This document shows positions 1 through 9,861 of a stretch of 32,301 bases of DNA, piece by piece. A program made the translations under genes and the position numbers. This DNA is from Octopus bimaculoides (Eukaryota). The notes below the pieces were generated by a model that worked only from the letters and a program-made list of their open reading frames with translations, was not told where the DNA came from and did not search any database. Within the stretch, counting starts at the first letter, position 1; the number at the start of each line of letters is the position of its first letter. The stretch spans positions 53,963,414-53,995,714 of the forward strand of contig NC_068983.1 of NCBI RefSeq assembly GCF_001194135.2, given 5' to 3'.

Positions 1-280
1 GCCAGCAGGGGTAAGAGCTCTCTAAACTTTGCCCAGGCTATTCTTATTCTAGCAGCTACACTTTCAGCGCACCCACCCCCACTACTAACTTGGTCGCCCA
101 GATAGCGGAAGCTATCGACTACCTCTAGTTTTTCACCCTGGAATGAGATAGAAGTTGTTTCCTGTTTGTTTGCAGTCTTTATTGCACCTGAACATCTGCC
201 ACAAACAAAAACTAACTTGCTAGTTAACCTGCCTTTGATGTTGCTGCACCTCTTATGTGTCCATAGCTTGCACCGGGTAC

Positions 281-513
281 ATGTTTATATATATGTATAT
301 ATATTTATGTGTGTCTGTGTTTGTCCCTCCACCAGCACTTGACAACTGATGTTGGTGTGTTTATGTCCCCAAAACTTAGCGGTTTGGCAAAGAGACCAAT
401 AGAATAAGTTCTAGGCTTACAAAGAATAAGTCCTGGGGTCGATCTGTTCGACTAAAGGCGGTGCTCCAGAATGGCCGCAGTCAAATGATTGAAATGTGTA
501 AAAGAGTAAAAGA
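281..513 (+). mobile_element. SINE family C, 3' half
   Basis: Microsatellite followed by tgtttgtccc...cttgacaac...ggtgctccagaatggccgcagtcaaatga...gtaaaaga. Confidence 0.8.
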
Positions 514-814
514 AAAATTGGTTATATCATCAAATCAACAATTCGTTGTTTCAATACATTTTATTGCAAATTTACATTGAAACCAAAAGTGAATTGTTTG
601 TAATGTGAAGAAAGTGTTATATAAAAACTGGAAAAACCTATAAGTGCAACATTGTAAGTAGAAATGGAAGCATAAAATCAAGATAATAATTACATTATAG
701 GAGATTAAATGTAATACAGATCCTGTATTTTGACATCCTCTTAATATGGAAAAATAATTTTTAATAGAAATTACCAGACTTAGATGTTAGCAATTGTGGA
801 ATGTACAAAAATCG

Positions 815-1196
815 TGGCACTCCATCAGTTATGACAACGAGAGTTCCAGTTTGATCCGATCAATGGAACAGCCTGCTCGTGAAATTAACGTACAAGTGGT
901 TGAGCACTCCAATGACACATGTACCCTTAACATAGTTCTCGGGGCAGTTCAGCATGATACGGAGTATGACAAAGCTGGCCCTTTGAAATACAGGTACAAC
1001 AGAAACAGGAAGAAAGAGTGAGAGAAAGTTGTGGTGAAAGAGTACAGCAGGGTTTGCCACCACCCACTGCTGGAGTCTCATGGTGCTTTAGGTGTTTTCG
1101 CTCAATAAACACTCACAACACCTGGTCCAGGAATCGAAACTGCAATCCTACGACCATGAGTCTGCTGCCCTAACCATTGGGCCATTGCGCCTCCAC
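815..1196 (-). mobile_element. SINE family B
   Basis: The minus strand starts GTGGAGGCGCAATGGCCCAATGGTTAGGGCAGC (tRNA-like) and ends ...GGAGTGCCA. It is a homolog of 20737-21086. Confidence 0.8.
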
Positions 1197-1411
1197 ATAC
1201 AAAAATAATACGTGCGTGTAATTAAATAAAAATAAATGCTAATCTTTATGAATAGAGTGTTTGATAAGAATATATAAATTATACATTACTTATAAAACTA
1301 AATATATGTAATTGATATTAATGGCTTAATGAAAGCATTTTAGCTCTGATGTAAAAACAATGTTGTGTAATGTTTCAATGATGAAACCTAACGCTTTGAA
1401 GAATATTAGTC

Positions 1412-1704
1412 AAAACTGAAAGAAACCTCTTGTGTATATTTATGTATGTATGTGTGTATGCATGTGTTTGTGTGTCTTTCTGTCTGTCCTACATCACTGC
1501 TTGACAACTGATATTGGTGTGTTTACATCCCTATCACTTAGCAGTTTGGCAAAAGAGACTGATAGAATAACTAGTAGGCTTTAAAAAAAAGAAAGAAATT
1601 ATAAGTACTGGGGTTAATTCATTTGACTAAAAATTCATCAAGGTGGTGCCCCAGCATGGCCACAGTCTAATGGCTAAAACAAGTAACAGCTAAAAAGTAA
1701 AAGA
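1412..1704 (+). mobile_element. SINE family C, 5'-truncated
   Basis: Same body and tail motifs as the 19032 copy. Confidence 0.7.
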
Positions 1705-1772
1705 AATGCTTAAAACCTTCATTATATTGGTATATATAATAATTGAATTTTCCCTGTTGGTGATTTTTGCAG

Positions 1773-1868
1773 ATACAAAAGCACTAAAGCTCAGTATAAA
1801 GATGTGAAAGATCTTATAGATAAACTGAAATCAAATGAGTTTGACAGTAAAACTCTGAATCAAAAGAG
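1773..1868 (+). CDS. Internal exon of an uncharacterised Lys/Glu-rich helical (probably coiled-coil) protein
   Basis: Acceptor gatttttgcag|, donor AAGAG|gtatgt, 96 bp, phase 2 to 2. Encodes YKSTKAQYKDVKDLIDKLKSNEFDSKTLNQK(R) and is in frame with the next two exons. Confidence 0.75.
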
Positions 1869-2038
1869 GTATGTTTATCATTTAATTTTTGCCATAACTT
1901 CTCATTCATTTTGTCCCCTATTTCTGTTTATGTGTAGGTGTGTGTGTTAGTGTGTCCAAATATTTGCTATTCCCACTGAGATCAGCACTTCCAGTCTGCT
2001 TCACCTGGATTTCATTCCGCAGCTCCCTTGCTCACACC

Positions 2039-2043
2039 ATATA

Positions 2044-2079
<36 letters not shown>

Positions 2080-2169
2080 TGTATGTATGTATGTATGTAT
2101 GTATGTATATATATACATATATATATACATATATATATACATATATATATAAATATATATATACATATA
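2039..2169. repeat. Compound (TA)n/(TATG)n microsatellite next to an N gap; representative of many (TA)n, (TG)n and (GA)n tracts, e.g. 8279-8318, 9822-9858, 11698-11862, 18241-18312, 29955-30160
   Basis: Directly visible simple repeats. Confidence 0.95.
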
Positions 2170-2397
2170 NNNNNNNNNNNNNNNNNNNNNNNNNNNNNNN
2201 NNNNNNNNNNNNNNNNNNNNNNNNNNNNNNNNNNNNNNNNNNNNNNNNNNNNNNNNNNNNNNNNNNNNNNNNNNNNNNNNNNNNNNNNNNNNNNNNNNNN
2301 TGTGTTAGTGTGTCCAAATATTTGCTATTCCCACTGAGATCAGCACTTCCAGTCTGCTTCACCTGGATTTCATTCCGCAGCTCCCTTGCTCACACCA

Positions 2398-2630
2398 TAT
2401 ATATATATATGTATGTGTGTTTGTGTGTCTGTGTTTGTCCCCCTACCATCGCTTGACAATCAATGGTGGTGTGTTTACGTCCCCGTAACTTAGCGGTTTG
2501 GCCAAAGAGACCGATAGAATAAGTACTAGGCTTCCAAAGAATAAGTCCTGGGGTCGATTTGCTCGACTAAAGATGGTGCTCCAGCATGGCTGCAGTCAAA
2601 TGACTGAAACAAGTAAAAGAGTAAAGAGTA
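2398..2630 (+). mobile_element. SINE family C, 3' half
   Basis: Close match to 19200-19425. Confidence 0.8.
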
Positions 2631-2697
2631 TATATATATATGAGTGGACAAACAGAAGAAGGACACTCAACACATTTATTAGGAGTTACATGTATGG

Positions 2698-2848
2698 ATC
2701 AAAACAGCTTGATTCATATTCCATGGTACTTAAAGTCTCAAAGCTTGTGGAGCTTATCGTCAGGAATTCAAATTTTCACTGCCTGACGATAAGCCCCACA
2801 AGCTTTAATATCTTAAGTACCATGGAATTTGAATCAAACTGTTTTGAT
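2698..2848. repeat. Long inverted repeat: 67-bp arms, 17-nt loop
   Basis: Arms 2698-2764 and 2782-2848 are reverse complements with 7 mismatches and no indels. Confidence 0.9.
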
Positions 2849-3022
2849 TGAGTGATTGATTGATTGATTAAAGTAATAGATAGATAGACAGACAGATAGA
2901 TGAGAGAGTGTTCTTAACTATCCACAGAATATGAGAACAAGCTGTTTTAATTTCCAGTTTTTTTCTTATTCCCTAAGGGTTAGGAAGAGTACCTGGCTGT
3001 GAAACAATGCCTCAGAAATATA

Positions 3023-3238
3023 TAAGGGATTGCTGAAAAGTTCCTGATTTTGGATAAAAGAAAATACAGGAGAATCAGTTAATTATAATTTTATTCAATA
3101 TATTCCCCTCTCAGATTCACACACTTATTGCAGTGGTCCTTCAGTTTTTCTAAGCCCTGTAAAAGAATTCAGAAAGTTGGGCCTCCAACCAGGCCTTTTG
3201 CGATACCCTTAAAGCCAGGAACTTTTCAGCACTCTTCG
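3023..3238. mobile_element. Tc1/mariner-type MITE (about 216 bp)
   Basis: Inverted ends share the core tgctgaaaagttcctg / caggaacttttcagca, and TA flanks both sides (3021-22, 3239-40). Confidence 0.75.
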
Positions 3239-3354
3239 TATATATATATATATATAAATATATATACTCATCTAACTTTTGATAACATGTAAAAACAGAT
3301 GTAAATAAATGAAGAAATGGAAATGAAATTTAATTTTTGGTCTTAATTTTTCAG

Positions 3355-3453
3355 AAGCACTTTGGAAACCATGTATAAAAATGCTTTACTTCATTTTGAA
3401 AAAAGTTACAAAGACAAAGTAAAGACAATTGAGAGGTTCAGACAATGGAAAAA
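3355..3453 (+). CDS. Internal exon of the same uncharacterised protein
   Basis: Acceptor taatttttcag|, donor AAAAA|gttggt (weak, chosen because it gives the correct phase), 99 bp. Encodes (R)STLETMYKNALLHFEKSYKDKVKTIERFRQWK(K). Confidence 0.7.
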
Positions 3454-3508
3454 GTTGGTATACTATTTACGACATAAATTTATATTTGTTTTATTGTATA
3501 TTGAAATA

Positions 3509-3804
3509 CAGGGTGTCCACAAAGTCTGGGTACATGAAGATTAACACATACTTTAAGAAATTATTATGTCTTATATTTAAATGTTTATGTTATGATCTTA
3601 TTTACTCCATGTACCCACATGGAGATTAACACATACTTTAAGAAATTTTATTTCTTATATTTAAATGTTTATGTTATGATTTTATTTATTCCATGTACCC
3701 ACATGGGGGTTAACACATACTTTAAGAAATTATTATTTCTTATATTTAATTGTTTATGTTATGATTTTATTTACTCCATTTGCCCAGACCTTGTGGACAC
3801 CTTG
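3509..3804. mobile_element. Tc1/mariner-type MITE with three internal 84-85 bp tandem units
   Basis: 22-bp TIRs cagggtgtccacaaagtctggg / cccagaccttgtggacaccttg (2 mismatches), TA on both sides. Units at 3533-3617, 3618-3701 and 3702-3786. Confidence 0.85.
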
Positions 3805-3913
3805 TAGAATCTTTCTCGAGTATCTTTGGTAGAGCACATCTAGCTTTGTTGATTTTCATGGTGCTCTTCTATATCTCACTGTTGACAGAGCTATGTTATT
3901 ATAGAGTCAGATC

Positions 3914-4263
3914 TTTGTGTGTAGGCCAGCAGTGTTGTAGAACCATGTAACTAATGAAGATATTCTAAGGACGTTCAGCATATGACCGCTTAGAAACATC
4001 ATCACAGAATGAAGATTAAAATAAGCAGGTTACATACTCTGGTTACCAGAACAATGCCATTCTAAAACAGTTTTTTTTATGGAAATCACAAGAGAGAGAG
4101 GTGGGGAACTGAAAATTATATGGTGCAGAACATTCATAACCAAGAGAGTGAGGCCAATATCACATGGCCAGATGTAGTAAAATGTGCAGCTAACAGAAAC
4201 TAATAGCTTCAACTTGCTGCCCATTGTGCTCAATAGCACAAAAGGAACCAAAACTGAACTGAA
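3914..4263 (+). mobile_element. Decayed non-LTR retrotransposon (LINE) ORF2 C-terminal remnant
   Basis: Translation through stops gives VL*NHVTNEDILR...IITE*RLK*AGYILWLPE...IIWCRTF...ANITWPDVVKCAANR. This resembles the 'W.D.VTNEEVL...RRLRWAGH...TWRRT...TW.EA...A.DR' tail of RTE/L2-type RT ORFs. Confidence 0.55.
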
Positions 4264-4562
4264 TATAATACAGAAAAGAAGCAAAAGTTTTAAGGCTTTG
4301 TTTGATGTGGTGGATTAATTTTATAGTTCACAAGAATGAAAGGCAAAGTCAATCTTGGGTGGAATTTAAGCTCAGAGCAAAGTCAGATGAAATGCCACTG
4401 AGTCTTTTTTTGTCTGGCATGTTAATGAATCTGTCAGCTCACCACCTTAATAATAATGATAATAATAATAATAATAGATTGAATTAAATCTCTGAAATTC
4501 TACAGTAATAAAACTACTGGGTCTTCACTACTAATCTATTACAATTTTTTTATCTGTTGCAG

Positions 4563-4626
4563 AGATACACTGAATAATCTGAAAAGTATTCGTGAGTTTA
4601 AAGGGTTCATATTCAAACAAATGAAG
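4563..4626 (+). CDS. Internal exon of the same uncharacterised protein
   Basis: Acceptor ttttatctgttgcag|, donor ATGAAG|gtaact, 64 bp, phase 2 to 0. Encodes (K)DTLNNLKSIREFKGFIFKQMK. Confidence 0.75.
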
Positions 4627-5653
4627 GTAACTTTAAAAATTAATTACCAAATTTCATTATTATAATACAGCAATGCCTGGTTGTTGTCTTTGTTCTGTTC
4701 CAATATTTATTTTCACATTTGTCTGTTTATGTGCATGGACACATTAGTACTTCGATATCTGGCAGCTGATTCAGTAGACACCCATAAGATTATCCGTAAT
4801 TGTTCCAACAAAATTCTTGGGCACCTTTTTGAATTCCAAATTTCTAACACCCATGGACATGCTTACAAAATCAAAAAACAATACATCCGTGATTTCGGAA
4901 TCAATTTTTCATATTCAGAATTGCAGAAGCATGGCATAAACTACTTGCATCAATTGTTAGCTGTCAGAACACTACATTCTTCAAAACTTCCATCATCATC
5001 ATCATCGTTTAATGTCCTCCTTCCATGCTAGCATGGTTGGACGATTTGACTGAGGACAGGCTCCAATCTGATCTGGCAGAGTTTCTACAGCTGGATGCCC
5101 TTCCTAACGCCAACCACTCCGAAAGTGTAGTGGGTGCTTTTACATGCCACCAGCACGAGAGCCAGTCTGGNNNNNNNNNNGTGCTTTTACATGCCACCAG
5201 CACGAGAGCCAGTCTGGCGGTACTGGCAACGGCCATGCTCAAATGGTGTTTTTTACATGCCACCTGCACAGGAGTCAGTCCAGCAGCACTGGCAATGACC
5301 TCGCTCAAATGTTTTGCTCACATGTCACTGGCACAAGTGCCAGTAAAGCGACGCTGGTAACGACCATGCTCAAATGGTGCTTTTTACGTGCCCACCCCAC
5401 TTTTTTTTTTTTTTCTTAAAAGGCAGTGCCCCAGCATGGCCACAGCTCGTGAGCTGAAACTAGATAAAATAAAATAGAAACTCATTTCCTGCGCATTATT
5501 CTATGTAGTTTTGGCTACTTTTTCTGATGAGTTGTAGTGCACTTGAGCACTGAATACAATATGGTCATTATTATTGTCTTCTGAGAAAAGATAACATTCA
5601 GTGCTAATTAGTAGACAAGAATATATGCCATACTACAAGAAAAATAGAGTTAT

Positions 5654-5827
5654 AAACTTCGCGGCCATGCTGGGGCTTTTACCCTGAAGAACTTTTAGTT
5701 GAATCGATCTTAGTACTTATTATTTTTTAAAGATGGATACTGGTTTTATCAGTGTCTTTTGCCAAATGACTCAAATTACATGTGTACACACACGATGGGC
5801 TTCTTTCAGTTTCCATCTACCAAATGC
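5654..5827 (-). mobile_element. Degenerate, internally deleted SINE family C body and tail, fused to the 5S-like head
   Basis: ggccatgctgggg...agtacttatt...gggcttctttcagtttccatctaccaaat. Confidence 0.55.
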
Positions 5828-5832
5828 GAGAT

Positions 5833-5940
5833 GCTTGCAGTGCCAAGTTTTCCAAAGCAGTCACCATATAAGTATTAACTAGGCTTGACTTTACTTAACT
5901 TCAGTGATCAGACGAGAACCTTCAATATATGGCTGTAAAC
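5833..5940 (-). pseudogene. 5S rRNA-derived sequence (pseudogene or SINE3-like head)
   Basis: The minus strand reads gtttacagccatat...ggttctcgtctgatcactgaagttaagtaaagtcaagcctagttaatacttatatggtgactgctttggaaaacttggcactgcaagc. This is colinear with metazoan 5S rRNA (GGTTCTCGTCCGATCACCGAAGTTAAGC...GGTTAGTACTTGGATGGGTGACCGCCTGGGAA). It has many transitions, a short 5' deletion and a degenerate box C. Confidence 0.75.
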
Positions 5941-6244
5941 CATTTAATGACATCCTTTGAAAACCTGGTGACTTTTATATCTTATAGTCAAGGGTAGGGC
6001 AGTACCCATAACCCTTTAGAGAGCTGCCAATGATGGTGGGAGAGCAGTAATTTGTCTACAAGCCATAGGACAGGCCCAAATGTTAGCATCAAGAGAGGAT
6101 TCCACTAAGGGCTTCCAAGGTGAAGATATTGGTGTGAAACTGAGAGAAATTCAATCTGTCATTTAAGTAGGTGACCTTAGGATTTGAACATTTCAAAAGC
6201 TTGTGTAAATAGTGGTTTCATAGTTTGGCACAAGTCCAGCAATT

Positions 6245-6408
6245 AAAGGCATTGACCCCTGTGCTCAACTGGTACTTATTTTATTGACCCTGAAAGGATG
6301 AAAAGCAAGGTCAACCTCAACAGAATTTGAACTCAGAATGTAAAGACAGATGAAATGCCATTTAGCATTGTACCCCGGTATGCTAACCATCCTGCCAGTT
6401 GGCTGCCT
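6245..6408 (-). mobile_element. SINE family A, degenerate; further degenerate copies at about 4312-4448 (-), 20052-20270 (+) and 21706-21880 (+)
   Basis: ggtacttattttattgaccctgaaaggatgaaaagcaaggtcaac...gaatttgaactcagaa...ctgccag. Confidence 0.7.
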
Positions 6409-6957
6409 AAGCAGGAGTAAATGCTGCTGCAAGGAATCCAGTCCAACGTTCTTACATTTTTGCCAATACATCCCCCAGTTGTCTGCGTGGTTAAGAACAT
6501 GGCTTCAGGTTCAGTCTTACTCGGGGCTGTCGCTAAGCCCCTGCAACTCCTGCAGTCGCATAGATGAGTCATCTATTTACTTTGGTTAAGATGTTGAACA
6601 AGAACTAAACAGTCTATATTAACTGAAAATTGCAAGAAATAAAATAATACATTCTACCTGTAAAAGTTCTTGTAAAAATATTACATTGTACCACAAAAGT
6701 GTACCAGACTTTGTGGATTGTCTATGATATCTGTTGAACACGAACTTAGTTCTCTTGCTTAGATCTTATTGCTTATTCTCTTGATTATTCTGAACTGATC
6801 AATGATTTTGTGAAGTGAAAAGTGTGCTGTGTTTGTCTTTGAAAGTTTCCTGGATTATAAAAATGCCCTTTTATTCATATCTGGAAGTTTTACTAAGCGA
6901 AATTTGTAATAGAACTAATTAAGTTTAACTTGTTGTACTTTTAAAGATGTTCTTTAG

Positions 6958-6975
6958 GATAATGTGAAATATTGA
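6958..6975 (+). CDS. Candidate terminal exon (DNVKY*) of the plus-strand gene
   Basis: actaat branch-like motif, acceptor ttctttag|GAT AAT GTG AAA TAT TGA in the required phase 0, and AATAAA at 6987-6992. Too short to be sure. Confidence 0.35.
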   Translation, partial: DNVKY

Positions 6976-7225
6976 ACTTCAGATGGAATAAAGTAAAATA
7001 TAGCTATGAATATAAGGCGCATAGCTTATGAATTTTGATTGAAGGGATGGGGCCTTGAAACCAAAAGTTGCAGGGGGCCTCTAAAATCAGGCGATGGATC
7101 TGGTCCTACTGTGCACCACATCAGGTGTCTTCTACAATAGTTCCAGACTTACTAATGCCTTCTAAGTGGATTTGTGAGACAGAAAGTAGGTAGAACCAGT
7201 CATTATGTGTGCGTGGTGGTGGTGG

Positions 7226-7395
7226 GGCTCCATTACTTGAAAAGAGGTATTGTTTGTCCTGATGACTTTGTGGTTTGACCATAAAAAAAAGACCAACTGA
7301 ATAAGTACCGGGGATTGATTCAATGGACTTAACCGTCAAGACGGTGCTCCAGATGGGTCGCAGTACAATCATTGAAACAAATAAAAGAGTAAATT
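7226..7395 (+). mobile_element. SINE family C tail fragment
   Basis: gaataagtaccggggattgatt...ggtgctccag...gaaacaaataaaagagta. Confidence 0.55.
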
Positions 7396-7553
7396 TATTG
7401 TTTATTTCATATTATGAAGTCGGAAATGTTGATGGAAAATTAAACAATGATATTGCGTTTACGGTAAGCAAGGGAGACAACTGTGAAGAGACACGTTCAG
7501 CTATAGCTTCTGCGTAATCCTTCCAATGGATAGAAGTGGATAACTATCGTTTA

Positions 7554-7930
7554 TCTGTTACTTGTTTCAGTCATTTGACTGTGGCCATGCTGTAGCATTG
7601 CTTTGAAGGGTTTTAGCAGGACAAACTGACCCCAGTGATTATTTCTTATCTGGTTCTCATTTGTCGCTTTTCCTAAATTGCTACGTAAAGGGACATAAGC
7701 AAACCAACAATGGTTGTCAAGCAGTTGTTATGGTTGTTGGGAGGGGGGGTCAAACACATATACACACACATGAAAAACTTTTTTGAGTTTCCAGCAACTA
7801 AATCCACTGAAGGTTTTGGTTGTCTCCAAATGACAGTAAAGAAACTTGTCTAAGGTGCTACATAGTAGGACTGAAACCAAACCCATACATTTAGAAGCAA
7901 ACTTCTTAACCACACAGCTATGCCTACACT
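7554..7930 (-). mobile_element. SINE family C, degenerate full length
   Basis: ttgtttcagtcatttgactgtggccatgctg ... ttcttaaccacacagctatgcctac. Confidence 0.7.
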
Positions 7931-8273
7931 TCAGTTCTTTTCCCTACATAATCAACCTCATATCTCATCAAAAATAATAAACAATAAGATGTTTATCTGT
8001 CCTTCCTATGAAGGACATGTTGCTAAATTTTCTCAGTCAGACCCTGCTTACCATGTTCTTTTCACTGAGGATCCAGCTGGCTCATTTCGGTTGACCACTT
8101 ACCACAAGGTCGTAGCAGATGAGGAGGTATCATGTGGAGAGGGAAAATAATTGGAACTCTACACAAGTCACCCAGGAGCATACCAACAAATGGTGAAAGC
8201 AAGTATGGGCTGCAACAGTGCATGGTCCCTCACCTGAACTGACCAAATCTGTGAAGATTTATGATAAAAGTAA

Positions 8274-8323
<50 letters not shown>

Positions 8324-9090
8324 CACACCCACCCACCACAACAAAACTGAGATCCCAAATCTGAGGTGCCCATGTAAAAAGCACTGGTACTGGTGCAACT
8401 TAAGAAGCACCCAATACACTCTGTGGAGTGATTGGTATTAGGAAGGGCATCCAGGTCATAGACACCCAGCCAAAACAGACTATGGAAGCTGGTGCATCCC
8501 CTGACCTTACCAGTTCCTGTCAAGTGGTCCAACCCATGCCAGCAGGGAAAACAGATGTTAAATGATGATGATGATGATATATACATTACACAATAATACA
8601 GGCATGGCTGATAGGCATAGATGTGGCTGGCAGTGTGGTAAGAAGTTTGCCTCAACCACGCGGTTTCAGGTTCAGTCTCACTGCGTAAAACCTTGGACAA
8701 GTGTCTTCTATTATAGCCCTGGGCCAACTAAAGCCTTGAGTGGATTCAGAAGATAGAAATTGAAAGAAGCCCATTCTATGTGTGTATGCATGCATGTATG
8801 TATACATATATATATATATATAAATAAATATATATGTGTGTGTGTGTGTGTGTGTGTATTCATGTTTGTGATGTCACTGTCATTTTTCCTTGACATTGAA
8901 TGATTGTTTTATGTGAGTAACTATCATGGAAACAGTATCATTCATTTTCAGTTTTCAAAGACATGTCTGGTTATGTATTATCTCAATTGGAAATGAGTGA
9001 GGGTTAGCAACATGTTTTGCGCACCCCATACAAGTTTAGCAAAGCCAACATTAAAATAGTAACACACAAAATAAGCAATATATCAAAAAT

Positions 9091-9096
9091 TTTATT
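9091..9096 (-). promoter_or_regulatory. Candidate polyadenylation signal (AATAAA) of the USP gene
   Basis: tttatt on the plus strand, about 280 nt downstream of the USP stop. Position is plausible, but there is no transcript evidence. Confidence 0.35.
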
Positions 9097-9378
9097 CCAT
9101 TATATCATTAATTTTGCTGTTTTAATCAGCAACTGGCACTAAAACTAATTAGTATGTACATGCATACATACATATGTATATATATACACACACATAGATA
9201 CATATTAATATACACAAACACATGCATACATGTATGTATGTATACACATACATACACAAACACATACCTAAATATATATATATATATACACCAGATATGT
9301 ATATGTATATAATCTAATTAGTTTATAATGAAAAATCTAATTAGTACATATAAATTATTTTCCAGGTGGATCGAGGTG

Positions 9379-9612
9379 CTAATGATGTTCTTTCCCATGG
9401 TGCTCTTTGCCATGATGATCTTTTGATCTGCAAACCAATACAGGAACAGGGGAATGATGGATAACATAGTCACTAATACTGCCAACCAGAGTACGCCTTA
9501 TAGTACCCATTCCTCTTGTGCCAGTGACGATTAGAGAAGCATTGTCTTCTTTAGCAACATTTACAATTACTTCTCCAGGACGTCCATTTATGCTTTTCAC
9601 TTTGCCACCAAC
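9379..9612 (-). CDS. USP gene terminal coding exon (234 bp including TAG)
   Basis: Acceptor ttgttttcttatag|GTT. Encodes VGGKVKSINGRPGE...GTRGMGTIRRTLVGSISDYVIHHSPVPVLVCR...HH*. Confidence 0.93.
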   Translation of the reverse strand, partial: VGGKVKSINGRPGEVIVNVAKEDNASLIVTGTRGMGTIRRTLVGSISDYVIHHSPVPVLVCRSKDHHGKEHHGKEHH

Positions 9613-9822
9613 CTATAAGAAAACAAATGAAAATGGTAAAATTAAATAAACAATTTATATATATATATATATATATNNNNNNNNNNNNNNNNNNNNNNNN
9701 NNNNNNNNNNNNNNNNNNNNNNNNNNNNNNNNNNNNNNNNNNNNNNNNNNNNNNNNNNNNNNNNNNNNNNNNNNNNNNNNNNNNNNNNNNNNNNNNNNNN
9801 NNNNNNNNNNNNNNNNNNNNNN

Positions 9823-9861
<39 letters not shown>

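Noticed and set aside
560-660. Strong donor-like gtaagt at 653 as an upstream exon of the plus-strand gene
   Set aside because: The required phase has an in-frame TAA shortly upstream and no acceptor in between.
794-1112. ORFs at 794-1021, 860-1081 and 927-1112, with similar ORFs at 20738-20980
   Set aside because: They are translations of SINE family B copies. The similarity between the loci reflects the repeat, not a protein family.
1943-2416. 116-bp exact direct duplication (1943-2058 and 2301-2416)
   Set aside because: The copies flank an N gap and end in the same microsatellite, which is typical of unmerged contig overlap. Probably an assembly artefact.
3533-3786. Regular 85-bp repeats that might suggest a CRISPR array
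   Set aside because: The units are contiguous with no unique spacers, lie within MITE TIRs in eukaryotic DNA, and no cas genes are present.
5134-5217. 37-bp exact duplication around a 10-N gap; a similar case at 11701-11850
   Set aside because: Same gap-flank overlap pattern, so not treated as biological.
5009-5419. Recurring ORFs with 'LAEFLQLDALPNANHS' (also at 22308, 27859, 28764)
   Set aside because: They are antisense translations of retroposon family D, with inconsistent starts and stops among copies.
9379-9600. Bacterial contamination or recent horizontal transfer of uspA
   Set aside because: The gene has canonical spliceosomal introns, host-like AT-rich codons and is embedded in host SINEs.
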